Assembly: GCA_951406725.2 (NCBI GenBank)
Contig: OX597821.1
Coordinates: 36,456,001 to 36,520,000 of the forward strand
Origin: Octopus vulgaris
Lineage: Eukaryota
Direction: 5' to 3'
DNA: 64,000 nt
The notes beneath the pieces are model-generated. The model did no database searches and was not told where the DNA came from. It saw only the letters and a program-made list of their open reading frames with translations. How positions within the stretch are numbered: the stretch's first letter is position 1; every line of letters begins with the position of its first letter. The translations under genes and the position numbers were made by a program. Positions 27,900-43,092 of this stretch are shown here, in pieces.

Positions 27900-28120
27900 A
27901 TTTCTTTATTACCCACAAGGGGCTAAACATAGAGGGGACAAACGGGGACAAAGTATTAAGTCGATTATATCGACCCCCAGTGCGTAACTGGTACTTAATT
28001 TATCGACCCCGAAAGGATGAAAGGCAAAGTCGACCTCGGCGGAATTTGAACTCAGAACGTAACGGCAGACGAAATACGGCTACGCATTTCGCCCGGCGTG
28101 CTAACGTATCTGCCAGCTCC
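27900..28120 (-). mobile_element. SINE family B
   Basis: Near-identical to the reverse complement of 58937-59165. Confidence 0.9.
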
Positions 28121-28756
28121 CCTGGACATACATAGACGCTCACACACTCAGACACATACACACTCGCATACACACATATGTATATACACCTACACACAGA
28201 CGTGTGCACACATATATACATATATATTTAGCCCTCCGCATACACATACACACAGATACATATTGTGAGAGATAGAGAGTGTGATGGAAGAGAGAGATTC
28301 AGAGCGTAGGAGAGGGGCTAGAGAGATGGTGAGAGAAAAAGACAGCTTCCAAAATAAATATGAGGCCCACCGCCAATACGAACTTGCTGTATTAAAGAAT
28401 ATAAAATGCACTCACGCTTGCACATGAGCATTCACGCATACAAGCACACACAGTCATGTACACGCATGCGTACGAAAAAGCTACGCATCACATACACACC
28501 TACGCATGCACATATACAAACACACGTACAAGCATGCACACAAATACAGCCATACAAAATACTCAGATAAAAAAAATCATAAAATTCTGTGTAATTTTGT
28601 CTTTTCTCCATCGGCCAATATGCCTGTCTTCTTCTCAGCACATTTCCTATGAGATTGTTTGTCTTTTTGCCTGAGTCATAACACGCAGATCTATCTAACT
28701 GTCTGTCTGTCGGTCTGTCTGTCTGTCTATCTATCTATTTATCTATCTATCTATCA

Positions 28757-28846
<90 letters not shown>

Positions 28847-28938
28847 TTATCTATCTATCTATCTATCTATCTGTCTGTCTGTCTGTCTATCTATTTATCT
28901 ATCTATCTATCTGTCTGTCTGTCTGTCTGTCTGTCTAT

Positions 28939-29008
<70 letters not shown>

Positions 29009-29027
29009 GTCTGTCTGTCTATCTATT

Positions 29028-29058
<31 letters not shown>

Positions 29059-29306
29059 CAATCTATCTATCTATCTGCCTAACTAGCTATCAATCTATGT
29101 ATCTATCGATCGATTTATCTATCTGTCTGACTATCTAACTACCCTTCAGTCTGTATATACACACACACGCGCATACAAGCTCACTCATATATACATACAT
29201 GCGTTTATATCATATATCATACACATAGATAAATAGATCGATAGTGAGAGATAGAGAAAGAGTAACAAAGAGCAATGTGTATATATGTGTATGTGAATTT
29301 GTGTAA

Positions 29307-29355
<49 letters not shown>

Positions 29356-30063
29356 CATACATACATACATACATACATACATACATACATACATACATAC
29401 ATACATACATACTCACATACTTGCATACATACATAATACATACATCATATTCATACAAAAAGAAACTAAGAGACAGGGAGACAGATATCATTATAGTATG
29501 TCAGTCGGAAATATTTGAGTTAGATGGAGACTCTATAAATGTGAATGCTGCCAGACCAACAAATGCCAACCCTTCTGTTTGCTTGTATAAGTAGCTATGT
29601 GTAAAAATTTCCCAACGGTATATGACTGATTGCTTCTTTCAAGCAATCATATATGAATATCTTTTGTTATTTCTAGCTATGAAGTTCAGATAGCATTCTG
29701 TTTATAAATAACACTCATTCATTTACATCATTCATAAATATCACCGTCTTGAAAGCCTTGCAACGTGTAACAATTCTTATTAACTTCATCAAATGAGGCT
29801 TGCCGTCGGTTAAATGGCCGACACCAATTGACATTGCTTATCATTTCTTTCTTGTTGAGAATTCAACTCTATCATGCAGAAGGAAAAAGAAACTATCAAG
29901 GTGTATGTATGTATGTATGTATGTATGTATGTATGTATGTATGTATGTATGTATGTACGTATGTGTGTATTTGTGATTATATTCTACTAATAATACGGTA
30001 TATTTTTATTAATATATCTAAAACTACATATCTATGTATATTATACAAACACATGCACATGTA

Positions 30064-30147
<84 letters not shown>

Positions 30148-30214
30148 ACATACATATATACATGTATATACATTATTATATACATATTTAATTATATTTA
30201 TGTATGTATGCATG

Positions 30215-30245
<31 letters not shown>

Positions 30246-30335
30246 CTTGTGTGTGTATACATATATTGATGAATATAAAGAAATTTACATATGCACACAT
30301 ATATAAGAAAGACACATACGTGCGTACATGTGTAT

Positions 30336-31235
<900 letters not shown>

Positions 31236-31245
31236 AAACACACAC

Positions 31246-31278
<33 letters not shown>

Positions 31279-31324
31279 TGTATGCATGTATATATTATAT
31301 AAAGGGTGAATGACCATGTTATTG

Positions 31325-31598
31325 GCACCTAGAAAGTTACTCTCCAAGGCACAAGTCCGAGCAAGATTGTTTATGGAAGACCAGCGTACCAGCCTCCCCG
31401 TTCCACGCCACCGATGTTATCCAAAAGAAAGGTAACAGCTGATGCAGCTTGGCACCAGTGACGTCGCAAATGGTTCCTACAGTTGAGTGAACGAGAAATA
31501 AAGTGTCTTGCTCAGGAACACAACACACAGCCCGGTCCGGGAATCGAACTCACTCCCTCATGGTTGTGAGCCCGTCGTTCTAACCACTTAGCCATGCA
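31325..31598 (-). mobile_element. tRNA-derived SINE related to family C, different 3' body
   Basis: Head gcatggctaagtggttag...gagttcgattccc; core aagtgtcttgctcaggaacacaac. Confidence 0.8.
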
Positions 31599-32295
31599 CT
31601 AACATATATATGTATATGTATATATATATGTATGTATATTATACACATATATACAGAAAGAGAGAGAGAGAGAGAGAGTAAAATTCTTGTATATTGTAAC
31701 AATGTATAGTATAATGATCGCTGTAACACACATACTCAAACACGAGATTTATATTTCATGCATGGATGCACACCTCGTTTCACCAACCCTGACACAGGTA
31801 CACACTGGCACACGCTGGCACACAGACACACACAAATACGCTCTCTCAAAATCACTCCAACAATTTCCTGTTAAGATTTGTTTTATTTATTTACATATAA
31901 TTTTTTTTTTCTGTTTAATTTCTTTAAGTCAATTTCCTTTCATTTGATGTGCTGATTACAACGGTTAATGCATAAATCAGGTGTTTAATTAACGACAAAA
32001 TGCTAATTTTTAAGTTTAATAAGTACAAGGCTAAATCTGAAAATATGTCAATATTTACAAATAAAGTACGTTTAATCGGGTTGAACACTGATCGTCATCA
32101 AATAACTCATTAATGGAGATGCACATAAATATATATCAAGAAAAATGAATGCATCAATGACTCAATGGATTAAAGATTATGCGACTTTTTTTTGGAATAC
32201 ATTTCCTTGATTTAGTTCAATTGTATAACTACGTAAATGCCGATTTGCTTGTCTTAACTCTTGCCGTGCTGAGAATTCAAAAGAAGGATGAAACA

Positions 32296-32416
32296 GACTT
32301 ATTCTTTGTAAGCCTAGTACTTATTCTATCGGTCTCTTTTGTCGAACCGCTAAGTTACGGGGACGTAAACACACCAGCATCGGTTGTCAAGCGATGTTGG
32401 GGGGGGACACACAAAT

Positions 32417-32469
<53 letters not shown>

Positions 32470-32633
32470 GACGGGCTTCTTTTCAGTTTCCGTCTACCAA
32501 ATCCACTCACAAGGCATTGGTCGGCCCGAGGCTATAGTAGAAGACACTTGCCCAAGGTGCCACGTAGTGGGACTGAACCCGGAACCATGTGGTTGGTAAG
32601 CAAGCTTACTTACCACACAGCCACTCCTACGCC
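32296..32633 (-). mobile_element. SINE family A
   Basis: Reverse complement of 2667-2980. Confidence 0.9.
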
Positions 32634-33105
32634 TACCTGCAAGTAGAAAGTTTATGAACTTTTATAACGAGTAGAAAAAATATTAAATGTTATGCTTTGC
32701 ACACCTTCTTTACTCTTTGATGTATATTCCACACCTTCAAATCTGCTTCAACTTATCTTAATCTATAGGAGACTGTCTTCCTTTTGATAGCTGACCAACA
32801 GGAGCATACTACACATTTGCACTTCTGTTTAAATATCAAGAAATTATCCACCACATAACGAGTGGAGATGAAGCCGAGCGAAAAGTAGTGTAGATGTAAA
32901 CGTTACAAAATATTTCCTCCCTAATGATGAGGTTTAGTTCGAAAATTTTTTAAAATTTATAACCAACACATCCGGAATACTTATACAAAATCTATTTTGA
33001 AAATTGAGACGATTAATTACATAACGAACAAACTAAATATTGCTATGTCTCTTCTATATAATTAATTTTTTTAATATTTTCTATTTTCTGATTTTTTATA
33101 CTTAG

Positions 33106-33385
33106 ATATACAAACATGGCGTCCAGCAGTCAGTCGATGTAAGCCGTGAATCTCACAGCAACTGGATGCGTTACGTGAACTTCGCTTTCAGTACGCGTCA
33201 ACAGAATTTGATAGCTTGCCAGATCGGTACAGACATTTATTTCTATACAATCAAGACGGTTCCTCCGGATACCGAACTACTGGTATGGTTCTGTGAAGAC
33301 TATGGAGAACGGATACATCGAAGTATGTGTTCATCATTGATGATCCGTGGCCACTATCAACATGAAACGACAACTATTCTATCAG
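33106..33385 (+). CDS. PRDM1: PRDM1/Blimp-1 coding exon, C-terminal half of PR/SET domain
   Basis: cttag acceptor, then IYKHG...SNWMRYVNFAFSTRQQNLIACQIGTDIYFYTIKTVPPDTELLVWFCEDY, then cag|gtaaac donor (phase 1). Joins in frame with WR of the previous exon. Confidence 0.93.
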
Positions 33386-33573
33386 GTAAACTTTAAGAGT
33401 CGTACCGCTTTCACACACACACACACACACATACACGTACACACATATACACATGCACACACACACATATATATCAATGTGTCTACATTTCAACATATAC
33501 TCATTATTGAATAATTCTTTAAAGCAGTTTTACTTCCCATATATAACAAATTACGTTAAGAAAGACAGGAATA

Positions 33574-33777
33574 TAGTAGTCACTCGCCATATTGCGGTTC
33601 ACATATCGCGGTTTCAGAATATTTCCTCTGTGGTGTTGTTTTGCATTTATAATAAAATAAGTATATACAAATTATAAAAATACTAAAAAAATATACAATA
33701 CAGTACTGTGTCTACTTCACGGATTTTCACCTATCGCATGAGGTGGGCGTAGCACTCTCGATAGTCGAGGGATTATG
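33574..33777. mobile_element. Degenerate Tigger/pogo-like MITE
   Basis: Imperfect termini tagtagtcactcgccatattgcgg / ctcgatagtcgagggatta. Confidence 0.5.
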
Positions 33778-33983
33778 GAAATGCGTATATTTCTCGCTCA
33801 CAAAACCTCCGACATGTGTGTGTGTGTGTGTATGTGTGCCTCAAGCAACTGGAATTTAATAGACTGATACACCAGTGAGTTAGAAGAAGTAGTAAATTTA
33901 GTTTTGTTTAGCTAAGGACGGAGTTCAAATCAGCGAGAGTCAAATGCAGCTTTTATCTGCTTAGAATCAGTAAAATATATACT

Positions 33984-34212
33984 TATTTCTTTATTACCCA
34001 CAAGGGGCTAAACACAGAGGGGACAAACAAGGACAGACATGGGTATTAAGTCGATTACATTGACCCCAGTGCGTAACTGGTACTTAATTTATCGACCCCG
34101 AAAGGATGAAAGGCAAAGTCGACCTCGGCGGAATTTGAACTCAGAACGTAACGGCAGACGAAATACCACAAAGCATTTCGCCCGGCGTGCTAACGTCTCT
34201 GCCAGCTCGCCA
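33984..34212 (-). mobile_element. SINE family B
   Basis: Full-length match to the family. Confidence 0.9.
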
Positions 34213-34416
34213 CCAATCAAATACTGTTTAACTAAGCTCAGCATTAAAAATATTGAACCTTTGTTCCGATGTGAAACGTAATACACGGCATTCAAATGTT
34301 ATCAGTTATGTAGGTGCGAATCTTTCCTGGAATTCATATATAATTCCACTCTGTCACAATCATGAAACATCATTCACAATGAGTAAACAAAATAATTTAC
34401 AAGTATCGCTGACAGA

Positions 34417-34590
34417 TCTATTATATAAAATCCGTTCTGTCTGTGTGTGTGTCTTCTAGGATCTCCGGCATCCTCCACCCGATTGCGCTCAAATTTGATA
34501 TGTAGATACCAACGGTCTCAGGACGTGTATAAGTCTTCAAAAAATTACAAAAATCGATTCCAAGTGAGAATGCGATCGATAAAGCATTCT
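34417..34590 (+). mobile_element. Helitron-like 5' fragment
   Basis: a|tctattatataaaa...tctgtctgtgtg and ccgatt..ctcaaatttg motifs parallel the 5' end of the 14269-14649 element. Confidence 0.45.
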
Positions 34591-35103
34591 TTGGAATAGA
34601 AAAAAGTCTATGTTTATTTCTTCTTTTGTTGGTGTCTCAAATTTAGAATAAATCAGTGTTTCTCAAAGGGAAGACCTATGGGACGGTCGGACAAGTTGTT
34701 TTGAGAAAATTTGGTTTAAATGTTTGACAACTCAGCACAGTCCATTGGACGGGGGTGGGCGTTTTGCTCATAAATATATATGGTGGAATACTCAGAGAGA
34801 TAACTAAGTTAGCGAAAGGAAATAATAGAGAAGAGTCTGAATTTTTTGTGGGAGAGGACACAAATGATATCGACTCCAGTGTTTTACTGCTACTTAATTT
34901 ATCGATCCCACCAAAGGATAAAAGACAAAGTCGACCTAGGCGACCTAGGCGGAATTTGAAGTCAGAACATAGCGACGGGCGAAATATCGCTTAGCATTTC
35001 GTCCAGCGTACTTACAGATTCTGCCAGTTCGCCGCCTTAGAGACTAAGTAATTATATCGGCAATAATTAGTTTAACAAATTACAAGCATACATACACGTA
35101 TAA

Positions 35104-35220
<117 letters not shown>

Positions 35221-35237
35221 TAGATATAGATATATAT

Positions 35238-35425
35238 ATATCGTTAGCCGCTACACATTTTTTTCTCTCCTTGTTTCTCTCCTTGTTTTTTCTGTGTCCC
35301 TTTCTGTAGAAGAGCGTAGGCTGGAAACGTAAAATACTTTTTCTATTCTTGCGCGTTATACTAATACATCTGTTTGTTTTGTGCACCACCTGTCTTCGTC
35401 TTTTGTTTTTTTCGTAAACTTTCCT
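35238..35425 (+). mobile_element. Penelope-type terminal repeat with hammerhead variant at 35301-35334
   Basis: ttt-CTGTAGA-a-gagc(gtag)gctg-GAAAC-GTA-aaa; flanked by (GATA)n and (TA)n. Confidence 0.72.
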
Positions 35426-35521
<96 letters not shown>

Positions 35522-36515
35522 TACATGCTTATCAAATCCAAGACAACACACCACCCATGATTTTCGAAATCATTTTTTCACGCTCAGAATTGCTGAAGCA
35601 TGGAATAAACAACCAGCATCATTTCTTAGCTGTTGAGACACTATATCTTTCAAAACGTCCATGCTTCCTGGAAGTTGTAGTGCACCTCAGCACTGTATAC
35701 AATATTTTCCTACATCAAATCATATATATATATATAAGTTATATAGATCTAAGTTATATGATGTATAAAAACATGTAATATACAAATAAATATCTGTAAA
35801 TATAAAACCATCCGAATTTCTGAGTACCTCATTTCTTCTAATATATATATATATAGGCATATCTCGTTTTGAGCTGCATCTTTTTTCAAATTTAGGTCAT
35901 TTTTAAAAGACATTATTAGTAAGATATAAAACTTAACTTCCCCCGATGCACGTTGGTCTTTTCAATTATGTTTAAAAGAATGAAAATCATAAAAATAGGA
36001 GAAAATACTTGAACCGATAATGAAGTGAAAAATAAAATAAAATACGGGTAAATATATGTACTTGATATTTATTAAAATAGATATAAGTTAATAAACTTCT
36101 GTGTGTGTGTTGTGCGTGTGTGTGTTACGACGTTTTTCGAGTTAAGGCGCATGTCTTGGAAGCAATTACCAACGTAAGTTGAGGTACACTTGATTTAAAA
36201 TTCTCTTCAAATGTGTTAGAGATTCACTTTTGTTCAGGTTCCTCAGCTAATGAAGGAATTTTACCACTGTATTTATTCTCCCAAATAATAGAAATTGGGA
36301 CCGCGTCTTCTTTAAGGATTTTTTCGAAGAAAAACATGGATTAAAAATTCTATTGAAGATGATACTAAAAATATGACATAATTTTAATAAGCTTTAAAGC
36401 TCGCTAATTATGGTAACTGTATTTTTAAAAAATGATAAAGTTGGATTTAAATCAAATTTGGCGGCGATGAGGAACCGGCCTGGGTGCCATTTCTATCATA
36501 TGAACATGCTCACAT

Positions 36516-36551
<36 letters not shown>

Positions 36552-36825
36552 CCTCTCTCTCTGTCTTGTGCTCGCTGAAGTTGTCTTTTTCTTGAACACA
36601 TTTCACACAACCATTCACATAAGTAGTTACGCACACAGACGAAATGATAGTTATGAACATGTATGCAAGAGTGTGCGTATGTATGTGTGTGTTTGTGTGT
36701 TTGTGTGTGTGTGAGTGCATGCCTGCGCACGCGTGCACGTGCATGTGTTTTATATATATATATACATACAAATGCACACACGAATATATATATAAATATA
36801 CGTGTATATGTGCGTGAGTGTGCCT

Positions 36826-36861
<36 letters not shown>

Positions 36862-37152
36862 ACGCTATGGAGCTGGCTGCATTACGCCTGGCGATGGACA
36901 AACCAGTCCGCGAAGTGTTCTAACGAGAGTTAAAAGCCATAACTTTCCCTGAAAGTTTTTTTTACTAATCCTACTTTAAAGCATTTCTGACTTGTAGAAT
37001 AGCAGAACCAGTCATGGTCCCTAGGGGGTTGACCTAACGGAGGATTAAGCCAGTTCTGCACAATCTCCTTCACCAGTGCCGCAGCATACACACACATATG
37101 CAAATACGCAAATTGCTCTCACACATCCACACTACGAATGTGTGTACATATA

Positions 37153-37192
<40 letters not shown>

Positions 37193-37388
37193 CGTTTGTA
37201 TGTATGTATGTATGCATGTATGTATGTATGCATGCATGTATATATGAATGAATGTATGTTATATGTGAGGCAAGCAAATACGGTGCTTTGCACTCAGACG
37301 TTTCATTTCTTGTTAAATAATTTTTGCATGTACGTTTGTAATATTTCTTTATATATATATATATATACACACGCACACACACACATAC

Positions 37389-37435
<47 letters not shown>

Positions 37436-37475
37436 TACACGCACACACACATACATATATATACATATATATATA

Positions 37476-37528
<53 letters not shown>

Positions 37529-37581
37529 TATATGCATACATATATTTATGTATATACATAAATATACATATATATATATAA

Positions 37582-37661
<80 letters not shown>

Positions 37662-37676
37662 CTATGTACATACTGA

Positions 37677-37712
<36 letters not shown>

Positions 37713-37764
37713 GATATATGTGTGTGTGTGTGTGTATGTGTGAGTACGTGTGTATGCGTGTTTG

Positions 37765-37812
<48 letters not shown>

Positions 37813-38415
37813 CGTGCGTGCTGTGTTCATAAGTACCTATGCGTTCGTAATTACATTCAGCACTCGCTGTCTTTTAATATCTCCCTCGTTGTTTTTCTCT
37901 CCCTCATTTCTCTCGTTCTCTCTCTCTCTCCCCCACACAACGCACACAAAAACGCAAACACACGCACACAAGCACATAGAGACGAGCGGAATACTCATGC
38001 TACACTTCTTAAAAAAAGCTAATGCAGGTACACGTGCGTATAAATCTATATCTCTAAATAAACTCTAGTAAGCTCGTAAACACTTTCATGAACATTGAGA
38101 TTCCCTTTTCTCCATTTGTGTCCTGGCTCTGGACAATCACAAGAGCAGCAAATTGTGTTCAATATAATATTGAAACAAATATTTTTTCTCCTCCTCACAT
38201 TAGGTTTTGGGGTATTCTCCCGACAATTTAGCATTTTCAGAATTTTTCTTTGTTTATGTTCATTCTCTTATAAAATACTGTTTTACGCGCGGGTTTATAT
38301 CAATGTATAAACCAAATATATAAATTGTGAAGAATACACACAACCATCCAGCCACCCTTACATTCGTCCATCCATCCATCCATCCATATATGTGTGTGTA
38401 TGTATGTATGTATGT

Positions 38416-38486
<71 letters not shown>

Positions 38487-38512
38487 TACATATACACATA
38501 TATATATACATT

Positions 38513-38566
<54 letters not shown>

Positions 38567-38669
38567 CATATGTATATATACATATCTATATACATACATA
38601 AATACATGCATGTATGCATACATACATAGTTACATACGTACATATGGATGCATATATATAATGATCATT

Positions 38670-39245
38670 TCTATTACAAGCACAAGATTTGAAATTTGGG
38701 GATGGAGCTAGTCGATATCTGGTACTTATTGCATCGAAGCTGAAAGAGTGAAAGGAAAAGTCGAAAAGTCGACCTTGGCCGAGATTGAACACAACATGTA
38801 AAGAGGGACGCAACGCTGTTAAGCATTTTGTCTAGTGTGCTGACGATTTTGCCAGCTTGCTTCCTTAATTTATGATGTAATAATCCCTCCTACTATTAGC
38901 ACAATGCCTGAAATTTTTGGGTGATTACATCGAAGGGAGGAAAGGCAAGGTCGAACCTGCCGGAATTTAAACTCAGAACGTAAACACGAACGAAATGCTA
39001 ATAAGTGTTTTGTCCAACGTGCTAACGATTCTTTTTCTACTCTAGGCACAAAGCCCGAAATCTTTGGGGAGGGGACCAGTCGATTAGATCGGCCCCCATT
39101 ATGCTACTGGTACTTAATTTTTCGACCCCGAAAGGATGAAAGGTAAAGTCGACGTCGGCGGAATTTGAACCCAGAATGTAAAGGCAGACGAAATACTGCT
39201 AAGCATTTCACCCGGTGTGCTAGCGATTCTTCGAGCCCAGCTCAC
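38670..39245 (-). mobile_element. Three tandem family B-like SINE copies of different ages
   Basis: The aaaggcaaagtcga...gaatttgaac core recurs at ~38750, ~38940 and ~39140. Confidence 0.8.
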
Positions 39246-39436
39246 CGCTCTTATAATGCTAGGGGAACAAACACATACACACAACCATACACACACTCAT
39301 GTATATACATATATACGATGAGCTTCTTTCAGTTTCCGTCTACCAAATCTACTCACAAGGCTTTGGTCGGCCCGAGGCTATAGTAGAAGACACTTATCCA
39401 AGATTCCACGCAATACATACATATATATATATATAT

Positions 39437-39841
39437 ACTCTTTTACTCTTTTACTTGTTTTAGTCATTTGACTGCGGCCATGCTGGAGCAACGCCTTTAA
39501 TCGAGCAACTCGACCCCGGGACTTATTCTTTTGTAAGCCTAGTACTTATTCTATCGGTCTCTTTTGCCGAACCGCTAAGTTACGGGGACATAAACACACC
39601 AGAATCGGTTGTCAAGCAATGCTAGGGGGACAAACACAGACACACAAATATATATATATATATATATATACATATATACGACGGGCTTCTTTCAGTTTTC
39701 GTCTACCAAATCCACTCACAAGGCTTTGGTCGGCCCGAGGCTATAGTAGAAGACACTTGCCCAAGGTGCCACGCAATGGGACTGAACCCGGAACCATGTG
39801 GTTGGTAAACAAGCTACTTACCACACAGCCACACCTGCGCC
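39437..39841 (-). mobile_element. SINE family A (full length); partial copies adjacent on both sides
   Basis: Reverse complement of the family A sequence. Confidence 0.9.
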
Positions 39842-40255
39842 TATATATATATATATTTCGTCTTTTATCTTTTACTTGTTTCGGTCATAGGACTGAATGA
39901 ATCGACTCCAGTACCTATTTTTAAGAATGGTATGTGTTCTATGAGTCTCTTTTCTGAACCGCTTGTCAAACGCTGCTAGGTGACAGACACAAGCACGAAC
40001 GCACACACACACATATATATACATACATATAGATACGCACATATACAACGGGTTTCTTTCAGTTAACCAAGTCAATTCTCAAGGTTTTGGTCGGCCCCTG
40101 CTCTAGTAGAAGACACCTGCTAGGTGTCACGCAGTGGGACTTCACTCGAATCCATATGGTTTGGTAGTGAACTTGTAACAGCTAAACCACTACTACACCT
40201 ATAAATGTGCGCATTTGTGTGTGTATGTATGTGTGTGCGTGTGTGTGTGTTTGTG

Positions 40256-40323
<68 letters not shown>

Positions 40324-40445
40324 CACATTTGTGTATGTTTAGAACCCTCCTGATAATCCTTCCTGTCCTAAGATACAAATTTTCTGTAGGAACTCTACCG
40401 GACGTTTTATTTCAATCGCCTTCTGCGATTTGTCTATATTTTTGC

Positions 40446-40507
<62 letters not shown>

Positions 40508-40949
40508 GAGTGAGAGAGCAGTTCATGCCATCAAAGTGACACTGGGGTAAAATATACGAAGCCCAATATACCCATCATGACTACCCGTCTGATAAAGGTA
40601 CACCAGGCACATGCATCACAACCATATGTGCGCGACATGGTGATCTCATATCAAGATAAACAGCACATGACCTTGCAGGTGGGGCCCAGTTAGAATTTTC
40701 TTCAGGTTGAGTAGCCCATCCCGCTCAAACGGTCCCTGAATAAGGGTTGTTTAAGGATGTTGAAAGAACCACCCATGTTTCCAGAGGTGAACTATTCAAA
40801 CCCCAAAGAATCCCTCTCAACACATGGCTATGATGCTCCCCCACTACTTCTGCTCGTGATCAGAGATGCACATATCGTCAGCCACTAAGGGACATGCTCA
40901 ACTGGTTAAGGTCAAACAACTGACAAGCAAATCTGTGGTATTGAGCAGA

Positions 40950-40950
<1 letters not shown>
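40508..40950. mobile_element. ~440-bp interspersed element inserted in (ATT)n
   Basis: Second copy of 23508-23945. Confidence 0.85.
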
Positions 40951-41020
<70 letters not shown>

Positions 41021-41024
41021 CATC

Positions 41025-41244
41025 ATTCAGTAGTTTTATTTTTATAGCGTGCTTTCACTTCACTACCGAGCGCAGCTCTGTGTGCCTTGGGTATGTGCTG
41101 TGATTTGTTGTGATGCTCTGATGGTTATTGTATGGAAAGTGTTCTGCGTAGGATGTGTGCAGTGCCTAGTAGTGCAATTTTCTGTATGTTATATGTGTTT
41201 GTAAGTCCTGGTGTTTTTCTTATGTATTTGTCTGAATATTTTTT
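41025..41244 (-). mobile_element. R4/Dong-like 3' end (heavily 5'-truncated)
   Basis: Minus strand encodes KKYSDKYIRKTPGLTNTYNIQKIALLGTAHILRRTLSIQ* plus a 3' UTR running into (AAT)n. Confidence 0.85.
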
Positions 41245-41279
41245 ATTCAGACAAATAAGAATATTTATTATTATTTGAA

Positions 41280-41345
<66 letters not shown>

Positions 41346-41369
41346 GTATCTTTGTTTATGTTTTCGCAG

Positions 41370-43060
41370 GTAACACGAAACCAAATGGAACATCAAGTTT
41401 TCGTCCATTAAGTTCGTCTGAAAGGAGAATGATACCTTTTTCAATAATTGATGAAAAACCAATGATTCGGGATCAAACAGAGCCGCTGATTACTAGTTCG
41501 ATACGGAAACAATCTGAAGAAGATATAATTGATTACAGTGTTCATAAAAACTACGATATCTTATCACGAGCCTCTGCTTTTCATTTGGGTTCCAGGCGCA
41601 CACACGTTCCGGATAAAGCATTCAATGGTCCACCAGCTTTACACTGTCTGTCGGAACTTACAAACGGGCTGGCCACTCCGAAATCAACTGATATATCTAA
41701 GCTTCACCAGACGTCTTCTAAAAATGGAAACCATATTTTAAACGATGATATCATGATAAAGAGTGCGAGATCTAGCCCTCTCATGAACAATGAGCTCGCT
41801 TTAGCTCTAAAAGGCAAAGACTTTAAATACATGTTTGATAAAACAGCTTGTGATAGTTTTCGTGGTAGCAAAAATTATATAAAGTCAGAAATTGGGGAGA
41901 AATATAAAGCTGATAGCACCATGCCACTTTTAGTGACGCCATATAGATCTCCAACAATAATGTCTCCAAACATTTCTCCGGTTTCATCCTTCTGGAGTTC
42001 TTTCCGACCAGAAATGGCACATAATAAACTACCATTTAAGTCATTCTCCACGTCTAATCCTATCTATTTTCCAAGCCCACCAATACCGCCGATTTATCCT
42101 ATACCAAGTATTTACCAGTATTCTGGTTTCCAGTGGCAACTCTTCCCTCCGACAGCATTCCATCAGACTTCAATATCTGGCCATAATTCACCTTCGTCAA
42201 TATCTGGTCCACTAACCGCTAGCATCTCAAGTATTTCTGACCGTCACCATATGCACAGGTCATCTCTACAACCCGAGCAAGTATTGAACCTTAGCAAACC
42301 AAAAATCGACCCAACCACAGGGAACATGAGGGGTTATCGATCACTACCATACCCACTGAAGAAAAAAGACGGTAAAATGCATTACGAATGCAACGTTTGT
42401 TATAAGACATTTGGACAACTGTCGAATCTGAAAGTTCATTTACGCACTCACACGGGTGAACGTCCTTTTGTATGCCAAACCTGCGGCAAGGGTTTCACAC
42501 AGCTAGCTCATCTTCAAAAGCATCATCTAGTACACACTGGCGAAAAGCCTCACGAATGTCAATCCTGTGGTAAACGCTTCAGTAGTACAAGTAACCTTAA
42601 GACACACATGAGACTCCACAGTGGAGAAAAACCATTTCAATGTAAACTTTGCCCGTCGAAATTCACACAATTTGTTCACTTGAAATTACATAAAAGATTG
42701 CACACAGATGAGCGACCTTATGAATGTCCCAACTGCAATCGAAAATATATTAGCCCCAGCGGTTTAAAAACACACTGGAAGGCTGGGAATTGCGTTTCTC
42801 CTGATGGCATCAGCTTTGATATGACAAAATTGATTGATGGCAGTGCAGATTCTGAATTTGATCTTGATGTTGGGATGGATGGTGAAAACGAATCGGACAT
42901 TCAAGAGAAACTGAATATAACAGTTCAATCGCTAGACACCACCGATGATATATCGAGGATCAGTGACGATGACGATAACGAACATGATCTAGAAGAAGGC
43001 GAACTGATCAGGGCAGAAATAGATCTTGATGCAGACGATGAAATGGGAGAAGAAGAAGAG

Positions 43061-43092
<32 letters not shown>

